Shown: piece after piece, positions 44,320 through 59,000 of the stretch | Position numbering within the stretch: position 1 is the first letter of the stretch | Layout: every line of letters starts with the position of its first letter | Assembly: GCA_964016885.1 (NCBI GenBank) | Contig: OZ024742.1 | Location: 354,454,001-354,518,000 of the forward strand | Direction of reading: 5' to 3' | DNA: 64,000 nucleotides | Source of the DNA: Eledone cirrhosa | Lineage: Eukaryota | Notes under the pieces: generated by a model | The model's database searches: none | Told to the model about the DNA's origin: nothing | Seen by the model: the letters and a program-made list of their open reading frames with translations, nothing else | Translations under genes and position numbers: made by a program

Positions 44320-47300
44320 TGTAACCGAGACACAGTTTTATACTATTACAACTTGATGACAATCAACTAGTTATAAATATGTATATATATTTTATATATT
44401 TCGTTTCTGAATTTGTTTAGCAATTCTTTATCTGAAAACGTGTGTTGAAACCGATATTGTTATAGTTTGGGGGGTCATGTTGCCAAGCCAATAAGAAACA
44501 CACGCACCAGCTGCTTTCACTCCAATTTATTATAAATTAAATTATAAATTTAAAAATTTAAAAATTTCCGGTTGGTTGGTTGGTTCCACAACCGGACGGT
44601 TGTTCATATATTTTCAAAGTTATTTCGTCACACATTCTGTGACCTCTTCGGTGACTGAGGATTATTCTTTTTGTTTTTGCCTCTCCTTTCTTCTCCCCTA
44701 TGCCATTTAGTTTTTGTGTGTGTTGTGTGCTTAGTGTGCGCACGTGTTACATCCGGATGTCTGTGTGTGTTTTTATTGGTTTATTTATTTATTTATTTTC
44801 ATGTTACTGGTTGGTTGTTTGTTCTATGTGTGTGTGTTGTCATTTTGTCCTTAATTGTAAGTTGTGATGTTGCTATTCCATTCATGTTTTCTATTTAATT
44901 TTGGTTGGAGTTCATTTATGTTTATTGCCTCTGTGATTAGTCTTAACATTGCGTCTTTTCTGTGTGTAAATTTTATTTTTATTTATATGTTCTCTAATTT
45001 GCCCTTATGTTCTATTTTAACATGTTAGTGGAGTACTGATAAATCTTCTCCGATTTGAAGCTCGCGCCAGTGTTCATTAAATCGTTCTCCTATACTACAA
45101 GCTGTCTCACCTATGTACACTATATTCTTATCTTTACATTTTCCTTCAGCACATCTTATGCTGTATACTATGTTTCTAGTTTTACAGTTAATATGGGGGC
45201 TTAGTTTACATATTATGCATTTCCTATCTATTCAGGGAGGACTTTGAAAAGGGTATGTATTACTAATAAGTGTTTTATGGAGGTACCTGGTCTTTCTACT
45301 ATCTTAATATTTAGTTTAAGTTTATCTGGGGCCCTTCTAAATTTGTAAGTTAATTCACCTCTAGGGGTTGTATTGATGAACATTACACTCTGATATTTAA
45401 TGCTATCATACCATGAGTTTATTCTATTAATCTTATTCATAGTTCTTTCTATTATATTCCAGAATTTGCTCCTATACAAGGGGAAGGTCCCCTTTGTATC
45501 ATCATTTACCATTTTTTTCACATCTGGTTCTGTCTCCTCTATATATTACCTCAATGGCAAAGAAAACCCACACATAAATATGGAACTGGTGGACCAGAGA
45601 CATATGGACCATCAAAACCATGATGAACTAAAGAAAATGAATGCACGTGCGGTGGGGGCCAGTATAAAACTAACCCTTAAGGAACATATGTTCAAATTTA
45701 ATGGAAAAACATTTGCCCAAGAGGAGGTAGCAGCTGACACAGCTAAACTATTTATGGTATGGTGGTACAATAAACTTATAGAACAATTAGAAGACATCAG
45801 CCTCTTAACCCTGATAAAGTACTCTTGCTACGTTGATACTATAAACATCGTAGTAAAAACACCCCACTAGAGAACAGCCAGGAATTAGAGAAAAAACACC
45901 ATGGAAAGCATCCAGCAAATACCTAACTCCATACACCAGAGTATTAGAGTTACTATATACTACCCAAGCAAACACCCCAACCATCGTTTACCTGTACAAG
46001 AGAGGGAGCTCTGGTTAGAAACCATTAATATCAACAAACAAATCCTCCATTCCCATTATGCCAAACCCATGACTTCCAAATATCTGATCCACCGAAACTC
46101 AGCTGTTTCGGATCACACCGAAATAAACATACTGATTGCGGATTTGGTACGGTTGATGAGAAACGTGTCCCGCATGTGCAACCCCAAAGAACTAGAGAGG
46201 CACATACAACACTTCATCCACAGTATGCAGTTCTCTGGTTACAATCAGAGAGAAAAAATCAGAGTATATAGAGGAGGCAGAACCAAATGGGAAACAATGG
46301 TAAATAATGATACAAATGGGACCTGTCCCTTGAATAGGAGCACATTTTGGAATATAATAGAAAGAACTAGGAATAAGGTTAATAGAATAAACTCATCGTA
46401 TGATAGCAATAAATACCAGAGTGTAATGTTCATCAATACAACACCTGGAGGTGAATTAGCTTACAAATTTAGAAGGGCCCTACATAAATTTTAACTAAAT
46501 ATTAAAATACTAGAAAGACCAGGCACCTCCATAAACACACTTATTAGTAATACATACCTTTTTCAAAGACCTCCCTGTATAGATAAGAAATGTATAATCT
46601 GTAAATTAAGCGCCCATATTAACTGTAAAACTAGAAATGTAGTATATAGCATAAGATGTACTGAAAGACAATGTAAAGATAAGAATATAGTGTACATAGG
46701 TGAGACCGCTAGTAGAGTAGGAGAACGATTAAATGAACACTGGCGAGAGCTTCAAGATAGAAAAGAGTCATCAATACTCTACCAACATGTATAAATAGAA
46801 CATAAGGGCAAATTAGAGAACATATAAATAAAAATAAAACCTACACACAGAAAAGACGCAATGTTTAGACAAATCACAGAGGAAATAAACATAAATGAAC
46901 TCCAACCAAAATTAAATAGAAAACATGAATGGAATAGCAACACCACAACTTACAATTAAGGACAAAATGAAAACACACACACATAGAACAAACAACTAAC
47001 AAGAGTAACATGTAAATAAACAAATAAATAAACAAATAAAAACACACACAGACACCCAGATGTAACACGTGCGCAAACTAAGCACACAACACACAAAAAC
47101 AAAATGACGTTGGACAGAACAAAGAAGGAATAACAAAACAAAGAAAATACTCCCCAGTCACTGAAGAGGGCACACAATGTGTGACGAAAGAACTTTGACA
47201 ATATATGAACAACCATCCGAACAACCATCCAGTTGTGGAAACAACCAACCAACCGGAAATTTATAAATTTTTAAATTTATAATTTAATTTATAATAAATT

Positions 47301-47455
47301 GGAGTGAAATCAACTGGTGCGTGTGTTTCTTATTGGCAACATGACCCTCCCAAAGAATAACAATATATATATATATATATATATACATTTAATAAAAATG
47401 AGTATCCATAGATTGTCGTCAAGTTTTAGTAATATAAAACTGTGTCTCGGTTAGA
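44320..47455 (+). mobile_element. Neptune-like PLE family B with an inverted 5' arm (44320-45521) and a decayed RT C-half plus GIY-YIG
   Basis: HMFKFNGKTFAQEE, CYVDTIN, HSHYAKPM, MQFSGY, PCIDKKCIICK..NVVYSIRC..YIGET. The left arm is the reverse complement of ~46290-47455. Confidence 0.88.
47157..47199 (+). ncRNA. Minimal hammerhead in the family-B pLTR
   Basis: gtca CTGAAGA g ggcaca caatg tgtgac GAAA gaac T T tgac. Confidence 0.65.
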
Positions 47456-48250
47456 GAGAAAATGTTTCTCTATTCATAATACATATTATTTTTAATATCA
47501 CCAGTAGAATATAAATATATTTAAATATATATATATAAATGCATAAATACATATGTACAACCTTCAAATATAAATGCATACATACACACATACTTGCTTA
47601 CATACAATGAACAGCCATACGGCATCAATATAGTGGATGCAAAGCTGTAAGATTGTCAGCACCAAGACATGCATGCATATTTTGTCGGAAAGCTCCAAAG
47701 TAAAGTTTAGACAACCGAAGTAGACTTTATTGAAGCAACAACTAGTGTATTAGCTCACACTCTATATGTTATGTTTGCAATCCAAGAACGGAACATAACA
47801 ACGGAATACCTGTTTCGCAAAAAGGGATAGTTATGCAATCAATACAGATCAACGTGCCATTAACTAGGCTGTTTAATAAACATCGATGATGTTAATCAAA
47901 TCCTAATAAGGTGTCTAAATGTGTCATCATGTTACTAGCTACATATGAGGCATGATTTAATGGTAAAAGCATTATACAATGCAGCTCATAGAAGAAGTAG
48001 TCATGAAGATAAAAATATAGAAAGGCACAGTGATGTGAAGAGCATATGTACACATGATATGACAAAGAATTGGTGGGGGTGTTCTCGCCAAACCCCCAAT
48101 AAAAATAATACATAACAGACCAGTAGTTATAGCCAGCTATACAGCACATGTGAATATGTTGGTAAATATTTATGACTTTCTTATGAGGAATCTGCTAATT
48201 CTTCACCGTAACAATACCATTATATCTGTAGCTGTGAGTGATTGTGAGGT

Positions 48251-48281
<31 letters not shown>

Positions 48282-48444
48282 GCGTGCATATGTTACTAAT
48301 TGCCTCAGTATAACTATTGAGAAGCAGGACAGCAAAATCGAGGAGTACGGATGACTAGGGAGGATGAATATATGGCAACAGTAAACATATGTAACATATT
48401 CAAGACATTGAGCACGAAATAACTTGATACATACATGTATGTAA

Positions 48445-48567
<123 letters not shown>

Positions 48568-48738
48568 AGGAAACATGAATGTGTGCTCATATAACACACA
48601 ATTTAGAGATTGGAACAATATGCCCACCTACACATACACAAAAGCATACATAGATATATACAGTCATGCTTACGTAAATACATACATACGTAAATGCATA
48701 CATATGTAAATATGTATACACACATATACACACACACT

Positions 48739-48781
<43 letters not shown>

Positions 48782-48864
48782 TCATATATATATATGTATA
48801 TATATATATAAATATATATACATATACTGTATATACATGCCCAGCCCATATACATATATATATG

Positions 48865-48920
<56 letters not shown>

Positions 48921-49724
48921 AACACACATACATATATTTATAAATGCATCAACTCCACCTACAGATTTTAATGTCAGGTTTTCTTGATTAACATTTACAT
49001 ATGTTTTTCAAGACTGTTAGAATTATCAGTTATGGGTGGGAACTGATAATCATGATAAATGAACATTTTTATTTTTATGTTTGGAAAGTTCATCTGAGCT
49101 ATTAACTTTAGTTGTCAAATCACCATTATTGATATATCAAACTATTAGCGAAGTGTAGAAATCCATTTACACTGAAGTTGTTGATGTATGACAAAAGATG
49201 TGACAGATTATGTTCAGATTTACGAAGAATAGGAAGTTCTTGTGATAAATAGGGGAACACAGCGATGAACAAGAATTGATAAATAAGTGGGTTGTATAAT
49301 TGTAATGATTTGATTAAATCACAGTCTAGTGATAAGAGAATCACATAGCTTGAGATATTACTAAATTACTTTATTCATAGTAATGGCATTATTGTTATCG
49401 CTGGGAATTTATTTTCACGGGAAATTGATTGATTTCTCACCGTGCAGCCAGACGTAACTTAAATGCAACGATTTCTGCACGCTTTGAAAAATAGAACCAA
49501 CCTTGTGACGGCACGTTCTCACATTATATTTCATAAAATACCAAAATACATGTATTTTCTAATATCTATCATTATTTATACACTCCGCCTTTTGTCAGGC
49601 TATCAAGTAATATATTTGTAAATTCTTCGGCAATATATACACAATAAAGGACACCTTTTGGAATATAGAGTCATATTTGGAGATTTGTTTAAATGGTGGA
49701 TCAAATACAATACACAGCACCACA

Positions 49725-50050
49725 TACGAGAGGATGCCACTTGCACCGACAATTTCTCCAGCCGCAACCTGGTGCAGTCTCCGACTAATCCAGCTTCTGC
49801 TGCACATCGGGCTGAAGAGGCCAAACTCTCTACATACCGGTCGCTCTGCGACAGGTTTGCCTTCGTACCCTTGGCAGTGGAGACTTCTGGTGTCCTCGGC
49901 CCTAGGGCTACCTCCCTACTAACCACCATAAGTGCTGAGCTGGCCAGTCGCAGGTGTGAGCCTCAGGAGTTGGAATGGCACTTCCAGCGCGTCTCCCTTA
50001 CCGTCCCCGGGGTAACGCCTTCTCTATTCCTTTCGCCGGAGCTCTGGGGG
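49725..50050 (+). mobile_element. CRE-clade non-LTR retrotransposon 3' fragment (restriction-like endonuclease)
   Basis: DATCTDNF..AAHRAEEAKLSTYRSL..FVPLAVETSGVLGPRA..QRVSL. Confidence 0.8.
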
Positions 50051-50774
50051 AGGCCATCAATATAATTGACTCACTAGTCATTTTATAATGTACTTTATAT
50101 ATATATATATACATTTACTTTATGTTTGTGAAATATTAGGAACTGTTTCTTGCAACAATCTTTTGTTTTCTGGAGAAGGCCGACTGTCTCACAAATAATG
50201 CTACACAAATCATTCATAATAGCTTACTATTCACCAAATGGCTTTAAAATTGATTACTTTAAATTAAAAAAACATCCTCGAACATATATCCGCATTAAAA
50301 TACAATAGCAGAAAATCCACCCTACGGGTGGTTTTCTGCTGACGTGTGTAGTATGCATATTGATATTATACACAAATATATATACATGTAGATATGATAC
50401 ATCAAATAAAATCGTAATTAACAATATGCATGGAAATTGAACGAAGTCTATGTTACACTGTCTTCTGTAATCAGTAACGTAATCTATGATACATTAAAAA
50501 AAGACGATATTATATATAAACTGCATTAGTTGAAAATTAACGACGGAAATATATACGATGTTTTTATAAGTGTTATAATATAACAGCCGCTAACCGGAAG
50601 TGTTGACATTTGAACATTTTAAATAAGTGAATTTTAAAGATTTTTAAATAAGCTATAAAACATAGTTAATCAACTGCCACGAAATTTAACACATACATTA
50701 TGGAATATTCATTCATTATTTATTCAAAGTAATGAATGAATATTACATAATGTATGTGTTAAATTTTGGTTAAA

Positions 50775-50924
50775 GGGCGGTGGATTGGCAGTATCGGTAG
50801 AGTGTCAGACGCCATGCTTTCCAGCATAGTTACGTCCCTTTACGATCTGAGTTCAAATCCCGCCGAGGTTGACTTTGCCTTTCATCACTGGGTAATTGCT
50901 GGCCTTGTGCCTAGAGTAGAAATA
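50775..50924 (+). mobile_element. tRNA-derived SINE (internally deleted) with TSD
   Basis: A and B boxes present. TSD attatttattcaaagtaat at 50715-50733 and 50925-50943. Confidence 0.88.
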
Positions 50925-52499
50925 ATTATTTATTCAAAGTAATCCAACTTATTTTACAAAAGGGGTAAAAAAAATATAATATGTTACGCAATCCCCCACC
51001 TCTTTCTTTATTATAGTTTAGATACGTGCTAGGTGAAACTTCAATATGATATATATTTTATTTCATTTTGCATTTCCAGTCATGCTGGAGCAACGTTGTC
51101 AGAGTCGTGGGGGTGTTTTTCAAATTGAAAGGAAAAGCGATGCTTGAGATTAGTTTGAAACATTACATATTAAAATCTTGCTTTTATAAAACAATAATTC
51201 TTATCACTAATTCACTGTTCAATACTATTTAAGACATTAGCAGGGAATATATAACATATCTCACTCACGACACCGAAACGAAGCTTCCACTGATAGATTA
51301 ATGCGGCTGAAATGTGTCTCAGCCGAGTTATTCAAAAATTAAATAAATAATAAATGAATCAAACAAGAATGTATTCTATTGAACACTAAAATGAAGCAAC
51401 GTATTTAATAAAGGATATTTGAAAATTACATTTACTTACTAAGTGAGGAAATTCACAAATAATTAGGAAAATGAGATGGTTTTCTTTTTAATTCTTACAG
51501 AGTTAGTTAGATTGTAGAGTAGGATAAAATGAAAGAAGAGGACATTCCTTATCTATTATGTCTAAATAATAAACTAGGGAAAGGTCAATGACAGAAATAT
51601 CACGTTGTTTAATGTTCATTCTACAATTTAGTTACATTGTTATCAATACTGGATTATATAAACCGTTGTGCAGTGTAAAAAACTATATGCAATGAATATT
51701 TGAAGTAACCTGAAAATTTAGTGCTCAGGTGTAAATATTGTGAATTCTTTTTCCCCTTTTTGTACCGTCCTCTTCCATTTGAGCTGATAATGTTTTTCTT
51801 TTCCTTCTTGAATTTCGCAATATTTTTACTTTTACTCCATCATGCACACTTATCCTCTTTTGCTTTGCTGTTGAATCCATATTCTTTATCATTTCTTCGA
51901 TTCTATTCTTCCTTCTCTCCTCTTTTATTTCACTTATGATTTCCTTACTGTTTTCTTGGAATCCTTAATTGTATAAGTACGTTATATATCATTGTGTAGG
52001 AAATGGTTATTAGTCGACAATAGTAAATTAAATACTGGAAAGAAGAAGAACCAAGTGATTCCAAGATTGTTGTCCAGATTCGTTGTATATTTACATTTAG
52101 TGCTGCAAAGTAATTCTATTAATTTGTTTCTATAAAATAATATATCTGTACATGTCAGGACGAAATGTATACCGTTTAGTACAAAACGAAGACACTCAGA
52201 GCAAATCAATTACATAAAACATAATTTAGCTTTCATATATTTAACGCTGATTCATTTACTGATCTTCCGATTTGGTAAATCAATGTCCTTTATTCTCTAT
52301 AACCAATGTCTTATTGTTTATAATCAATGTAATTACACATACTTTCCAAATTCATGTTACGATATGCCTTTCTGTTAGGGGTGATGAGGGAAGATATGGC
52401 TCAACAGGAAAGTAGGGAAAAGTACTATGAAAGTCACAATTGAGAGAAAAGAATTGGGAAAAGCACGATCTCTAGGTCCACAAAAGAATGGGTGGAAAG

Positions 52500-52822
52500 G
52501 GAGAGGTTGATGGCCTCTGGGCTCTTGGCTACAGGGGGGTTGGGATTGCACCACACGAACAATAGCCAGGGACACGCGCAGCAACAGGCACTCCACCTCG
52601 CGAAACTCCCTCCTGGGCTGTTAACGTTTCGATCTTATTGAAGAGCTCAGCAGTCCGGGGTTTGAATACTCCTGTAGTTTCGACGGCGAACGGTGCGGAG
52701 AGGAAGTGGCCGGACAATCCCGTTATTTCTTTGACGTCCTTTCCTCTTCATTACGGGCTGCAATACGGGGGTTTGTAGCCGAGGCGACTAAGTTGGAGGC
52801 TGAAAAGGTGTCACTAGCATAA
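52500..52822 (-). mobile_element. Second CRE-like RLE fragment
   Basis: DTFSASNLVASATNP..; HFLSAPFAVETTGVFKPRTAELFNKI..; ECLLLRVSLAIVR. Confidence 0.7.
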
Positions 52823-54699
52823 TTGTTAGTGGAAGAAAAAATACCTTATCGTACTCCTCCCCTCTTACTCAGCCGATAACTCGTAGTTATTTTATTGAAA
52901 CCTTTCCACTTTTATTAGATAATATATCATCCAGGTATGGTGGTCACATAGACCCATAAGAAATTCTCCTGAAATACTTTGTGGCACTTGTTCCGTCTTG
53001 TGTTCTGATATCATGTGTGGTAGAACAACACCAAGCTACATTTAGCGGAAGCACAAACATTTTACGAGGCCGCGAAAAATCACGAGACAAGGACTCCATT
53101 ATGACTTCCCTGACTAAGGGCTAAAATATAATTAGATACGTGTTTTAAAATTCTACATAAACTTGCTCTCCTGACAATATCCACAGGCAGAATCAAGCCT
53201 GACACAATATCTGATGAGGCAGCACCTTTGAATTTCAGGTACAGTAAATTCGCTGGGCATAAAACCTTAGCTTCAGTCCTCTGCCAACCTGATATTTTGA
53301 TATAAATCACTTGCTCAAACTTCCACATAGTGCGGCAAAACGTGATACCTAAGGCTTTTGAAGGAAAATGGCAAAACATTTAAATTATTAGTGGTTTCTC
53401 CATACTTGACACGTGATTAACATAACGTACATTATTTTCAACATAATTATGTCACAATTATTATATGTATATATTTCTCTTTAAATATAGAAATTGCTTC
53501 TACAGGACGAGAACTGTTTCATTCGATGGAAATAATGTATACAAAATCCTGCTTGTGAAAATATGGGAAAAATAAATATACATGTTCGCGGTAATCAAGC
53601 ATATTTGTATACTTTCAGAAATGATTAATTTAGCAAATCAAACAATAAATATGTTCCGGTAAATCAAAGAGTTAAGTGCCAGATTGTATTCTTTAGACTT
53701 AGTGTATGCAATTGATACAATTTGTAAGTCTAAATGCAGTCCTGTGTATCATGTTGTAACACCACAAACACTTGTTGTTATTTTAAAACATTTCAAACAC
53801 CTTTTCTTGTGTTGAATTAATAAAGACACCTTTTCTTCTGTTGAAACATCACATGCATCATTTCCCTATTAACATTTCTAAGCACGATAATTGTGATCGA
53901 TGTAATCCGTCACTTGATAAGAATATTGAAATGAGAGAAATGCTTGTGCTCCTGTTTCTTGTTGCAGTAGTCAAGATACCATTTTTTTTTTACTTAAAGA
54001 CACATTGTTATTAAGGTTCTTACACCGCAATAGAAGAACACCTGAATGGGACATAGTAATACTTTTGGCGGTGTATAGGTTTATAAAAAATATATATGCA
54101 ACTAAGGTATATACAAAATTATATACAACTCTCAATTTCTGTTATTTCAAACAGGAAAAAAAAAACACAATGCCCTTTTATTTGGAAGAATATTAATATT
54201 TTAGAAACAATTGAAGATAAAATCTGTATTGATGTTTTAGTAACAAGTAAGGAAAACAACCTTTTTATATATCAGACAAATATTTTAACAACAATGATAT
54301 AAAGCATTTGAACTTTTGTTGTCTTATGCGTGGAAATGTCTCATGAAATAGATGGCATATATTGGAGCATAAGTTTGCTTTGTAGAGAAAATACATTGTA
54401 ATCTACATCTTCTTCATTTTCAATGACTCCACTTGGCATATATTGTTTGGGTTATGTCCATCATTTGGTATCTCTATATTTAAAGAAAACTTCTAGAGAG
54501 AGTTTGTTGACGCGTTAGACAAAGGAGAATCTCTGTTACCTCTTTTGAAATCGGTATAGTCTGGATAGTATTTAAGTCGCATTGAATATCTTGGATCAAT
54601 GGATGTAAAATATTTTTATAGACGTCAATGAGGTGATTGTTGTATGTTACATAATTTTGAATAGATAAATATATTTTAAATTTTGAAATACTATTGTTG

Positions 54700-54885
54700 T
54701 TTCTGAATTAGGATCAATGCGAAAAGTATTAGGGTAGGGGATAGCCGATTAGTAACTGGTGCGTTATTTTTATCGAGCCTATAAAATGTGATTAAAAGCA
54801 GATCTCGGTGGGATTTGAACTTTGAACATAAACAGACGTAACACTATGGCGCAAAGCAGTTTGACCGATACACCTGTACTGCCTA
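54700..54885 (-). mobile_element. Degenerate SINE
   Basis: ctcggtgggatttgaact and tttttatcgagcc remnants. Confidence 0.55.
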
Positions 54886-55946
54886 TACACCTCATTTTTG
54901 AATGATACTAAATCATTACTAAAAAAAAAAACCCAGTCCAATTTATTTTAACAGAAAATCACGAAGGTGCCATGGATGTCTATGACTGAGATTTTAAGGA
55001 CAACTCGGTTAACAACTGTTAAATGTAGAGTAATGTGACGGAAATAAAATGTCTCATGACATGATTTTATATTAGTCTATACGAATATATTTTTTCAGAT
55101 TATTTTTTAAGTAATTTTATTTCTTTTCAAACTGTATTTCGAAATATATAGGTTTATCACTGATATGGGCTATTATTAACCGGCGAAATAGTTTTTATGC
55201 AAAGGTCTGCTTTAAAAAAATTCATCAGATTTCTTTACTAATTTAATCCATATCAAACATTAAACAGGTTTTATACCTAATATAGAATGGTATTTCCTAT
55301 AGAATCAAAGAAAATATAAACACGCCAGTTTTATGACTTTCTTTGATTTTATACGTTATAATTGCAAGCCATTAATACTTTGTCTAGTAAGTTAATTAAA
55401 TGATTTTTTTTCAGCAGATTTCAGCACTTTCCACATAATACATCAAGTACTAAGAATGTCTATTCACTAATAATTATATTTATTTTCTTCCGAACTAGTT
55501 TTAGTCTATCACTTATAGAGATATAGGAGATGAAATTATTTACAACAGACAGGGTCAAACTAAGTTCTCAATTGAGCTTTAATGCAGTTTCATCCACACA
55601 AACTTTTTAGAGTCTTAATAGTCAAGCGGCAATGATAAGATTTCGGAAGAAGAATTGAAAGCAAAAATATACGCAGCATACAAAAGGTGCAATTTATATA
55701 TATATATATATACATATATGTATAATTAAGTTAAAAATGTACATCTACATATGCATACTGAAATACTAGTGTGTATATGAATACACACACGTATACATAT
55801 GTAGGTGTAACAAGTCTTTCACTGGTTGCTTTACTGTGAGCAAACCCAGCTATTCTGTATGTAAACACACAGACAAACCGGTTTTTAGAATCATACTGGT
55901 TTTCGGGGGAACACCTTCCCTCTATTCTCCAGAAAGCCAGAAAAGG

Positions 55947-55991
55947 AATATTGAACTAGTTTCGTTGTTGTTACAACTCATCAGCAATATT
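55947..55991 (-). ncRNA. Minimal type I hammerhead; repeats at +468n (56415, 56883, 57351, 57819, 58287, 58755, 59223, 59691, 60159)
   Basis: aatattg CTGATGA gttgt aaca acaac GAAA c ta g T T caatatt. Stem III is the palindrome ACTAGT and the triplet is GUU. G12C in the copies at 57351 and 59223. Confidence 0.88.
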
Positions 55992-56076
55992 TACCTATCT
56001 ACCGGCCCTTCTGGAGAATTGTAAAAGCACATATCGTTATATGCTTTTTCTATGAAAATTAGTAGTGGGCAGACTA

Positions 56077-56084
56077 ATTTGCAT
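56077..56084 (-). promoter_or_regulatory. Octamer ATGCAAAT in the 468-bp unit, ~90 nt 5' of the HHR on the HHR-sense strand
   Basis: atttgcat recurs with the 468-bp period (atatgcat in units 5 and 9). The same motif and context are seen in the 434-bp family. Confidence 0.45.
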
Positions 56085-59000
56085 AGAGTGTGAGTACGCA
56101 CCGGTTCAGCGGAGACGATAAAAACAAATAACGAAACGAAATTAAATTTCGTTTCATTTGTAACTCACTTTTGTATGACTGACGCTTAAACAATTAAGTT
56201 AAAAATGTACATCTACATATGCATACTGAAATACTAGTGTGTATATGAATACACACACGTATACATATGTAGGTGTAACAAGTCTTTCACTGGTTGCTTT
56301 ACTGTGAGCAAACCCAGCTATTCTGTATGTAAACACACAGACAAACCGGTTTTTAGAGTCATACTGGTTTTCGGGGGAACACCTTCCCTCTATTCTCCAG
56401 AAAGCCAGACAAGGAATATTGAACTAGTTTCGTTGTTGTTACAACTCATCAGCAATATTTACCTATCTACCGGCCCTTCTGGAGAATTGTAAAAGCACAT
56501 ATCGTTATATGCTTATTCTATGAAAATTAGTAGTGGGCAGACTAATTTGCATAGAGTGTGAGTACGCACCGGTTCAGCGGAGACGATAAAAACAAATAAC
56601 GAAACGAAATTAAATTTCGTTTCATTTGTAACTCACTTTTGTATGACTGACGCTTAAACAATTAAGTTAAAAATGTACATCTACATATGCATACTGAAAT
56701 ACTAGTGTGTATATGAATACACACACGTATACATATGTAGGTGTAACAAGTCTTTCACTGGTTGCTTTACTGTGAGCAAACCCAGCTATTCTGTATGTAA
56801 ACACACAGACAAACCTGTTTTTAGAGTCATACTGGTTTTCGGGGGAACACCTTCCCTCTATTCTCCAGAAAGCCAGACAAGGAATATTGAACTAGTTTCG
56901 TTGTTGTTACAACTCATCAGCAATATTTACCTATCTACCGGCCCTTCTGGAGAATTGTAAAAGTACATATCGTTATATGCTTTTTCTATGAAAATTAGTA
57001 GTGGGCAGACTAATTTGCATAGAGTGTGAGTACGCACCGGTTCAGCGGAGACGATAAAAACAAATAACGAAACGAAATTAAATTTCGTTTCATTTGTAAC
57101 TCACTTTTGTATGACTGACGCTTAAACAATTAAGTTAAAAATGTACATCTACATATGCATACTGAAATACTAGTGTGTATATGAATACACACACGTATAC
57201 ATATGTAGGTGTAACAAGTCTTTCACTGGTTGCTTTACTGTGAGCAAACCCAGCTATTCTGTATGTAAACACACAGACAAACCTGTTTTTAGAGTCAAAC
57301 TGGTTTTCGGGGGAACACCTTCCCTCTATTTTCCAGAAAGCCAGACAAGGAATATTGAACTAGTTTGGTTGTTGTTACAACTCATCAGCAATATTTACCT
57401 ATCTACCGGCCCTTCTGGAGAATTGTAAAAGCACATATCGTTATATGCTTTTTCTATGAAAATTAGTAGTGGGCAGACTAATTTGCATAGAGTGTGAGTA
57501 CGCACCGGTTCAGCGGAGACGATAAAAACAAATAACGAAACGAAATTAAATTTCGTTTCATTTGTAACTCACTTTTGTATGACTGACGCTTAAACAATTA
57601 AGTTAAAAATGTACATCTACATATGCATACTGAAATACTAGTGTGTATATGAATACACCCACGTATACATATGTAGGTGTAACAAGTCTTTCACTGGTTG
57701 CTTTACTGTGAGCAAACCCAGCTATTCTGTATGTAAACACACAGACAAACCGGTTTTTAGAGTCATACTGGTTTTCGGGGGAACACCTTCCCTCTATTTT
57801 CCAGAAAGCCAGACAAGGAATATTGAACTAGTTTCGTTGTTGTTACAACTCATCAGCAATATTTACATATCTACCGGCCCGTCTGGAGAATTGTAAAAGC
57901 ACATATCGTTATATGCTTTTTCTATGAAAATTAGTAGTGGGCAGACTAATATGCATAGAGTGTGAGTACGCACCGGTTCAGCGGAGACGATAAAAACAAA
58001 TAACGAAACGAAATTAAATTTCGTTTCATTTGTAACTCAATTTTGTATGACTGACGCTTAAACAATTAAGTTAAAAATGTACATCTACATATGCATACTG
58101 AAATACTAGTGTGTATATGAATACACACACGTATACATATGTAGGTGTAACAAGTCTTTCACTGGTTGCTTTACTGTGAGCAAACCCAGCTATTCTGTAT
58201 GTAAACACACAGACAAACAGGTTTTTAGAGTCATACTGGTTTTCGGGGGAACACCTTCCCTTAATTCTTCAGAAAGCCAGACAAGGAATATTGAACTAGT
58301 TTCGTTGTTGTTACAACTCATCAGCAATATTTACCTATCTACCGGCCCTTCTGGAGAATTGTAAAAGCACATATCGTTATATGCTTATTCTATGAAAATT
58401 AGTAGTGGGCAGACTAATTTGCATAGAGTGTGAGTACGCACCGGTTCAGCGGAGACGATAAAAACAAATAACGAAACGAAATTAAATTTCGTTTCATTTG
58501 TAACTCACTTTTGTATGACTGACGCTTAAACAATTAAGTTAAAAATGTACATCTACATATGCATACTGAAATACTAGTGTGTATATGAATACACACACGT
58601 ATACATATGTAGGTGTAACAAGTCTTTCACTGGTTGCTTTACTGTGAGCAAACCCAGCTATTCTGTATGTAAACACACAGACAAACCTGTTTTTAGAGTC
58701 ATACTGGTTTTCGGGGGAACACCTTCCCTCTATTCTCCAGAAAGCCAGACAAGGAATATTGAACTAGTTTCGTTGTTGTTACAACTCATCAGCAATATTT
58801 ACCTATCTACCGGCCCTTCTGGAGAATTGTAAAAGTACATATCGTTATATGCTTTTTCTATGAAAATTAGTAGTGGGCAGACTAATTTGCATAGAGTGTG
58901 AGTACGCACCGGTTCAGCGGAGACGATAAAAACAAATAACGAAACGAAATTAAATTTCGTTTCATTTGTAACTCACTTTTGTATGACTGACGCTTAAACA

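Noticed and set aside
53080-53379. 99-aa ORF and a CTGATGA motif near 53210
   Set aside because: No recognisable domain, and no stem II/GAAA/stem I to complete a hammerhead.
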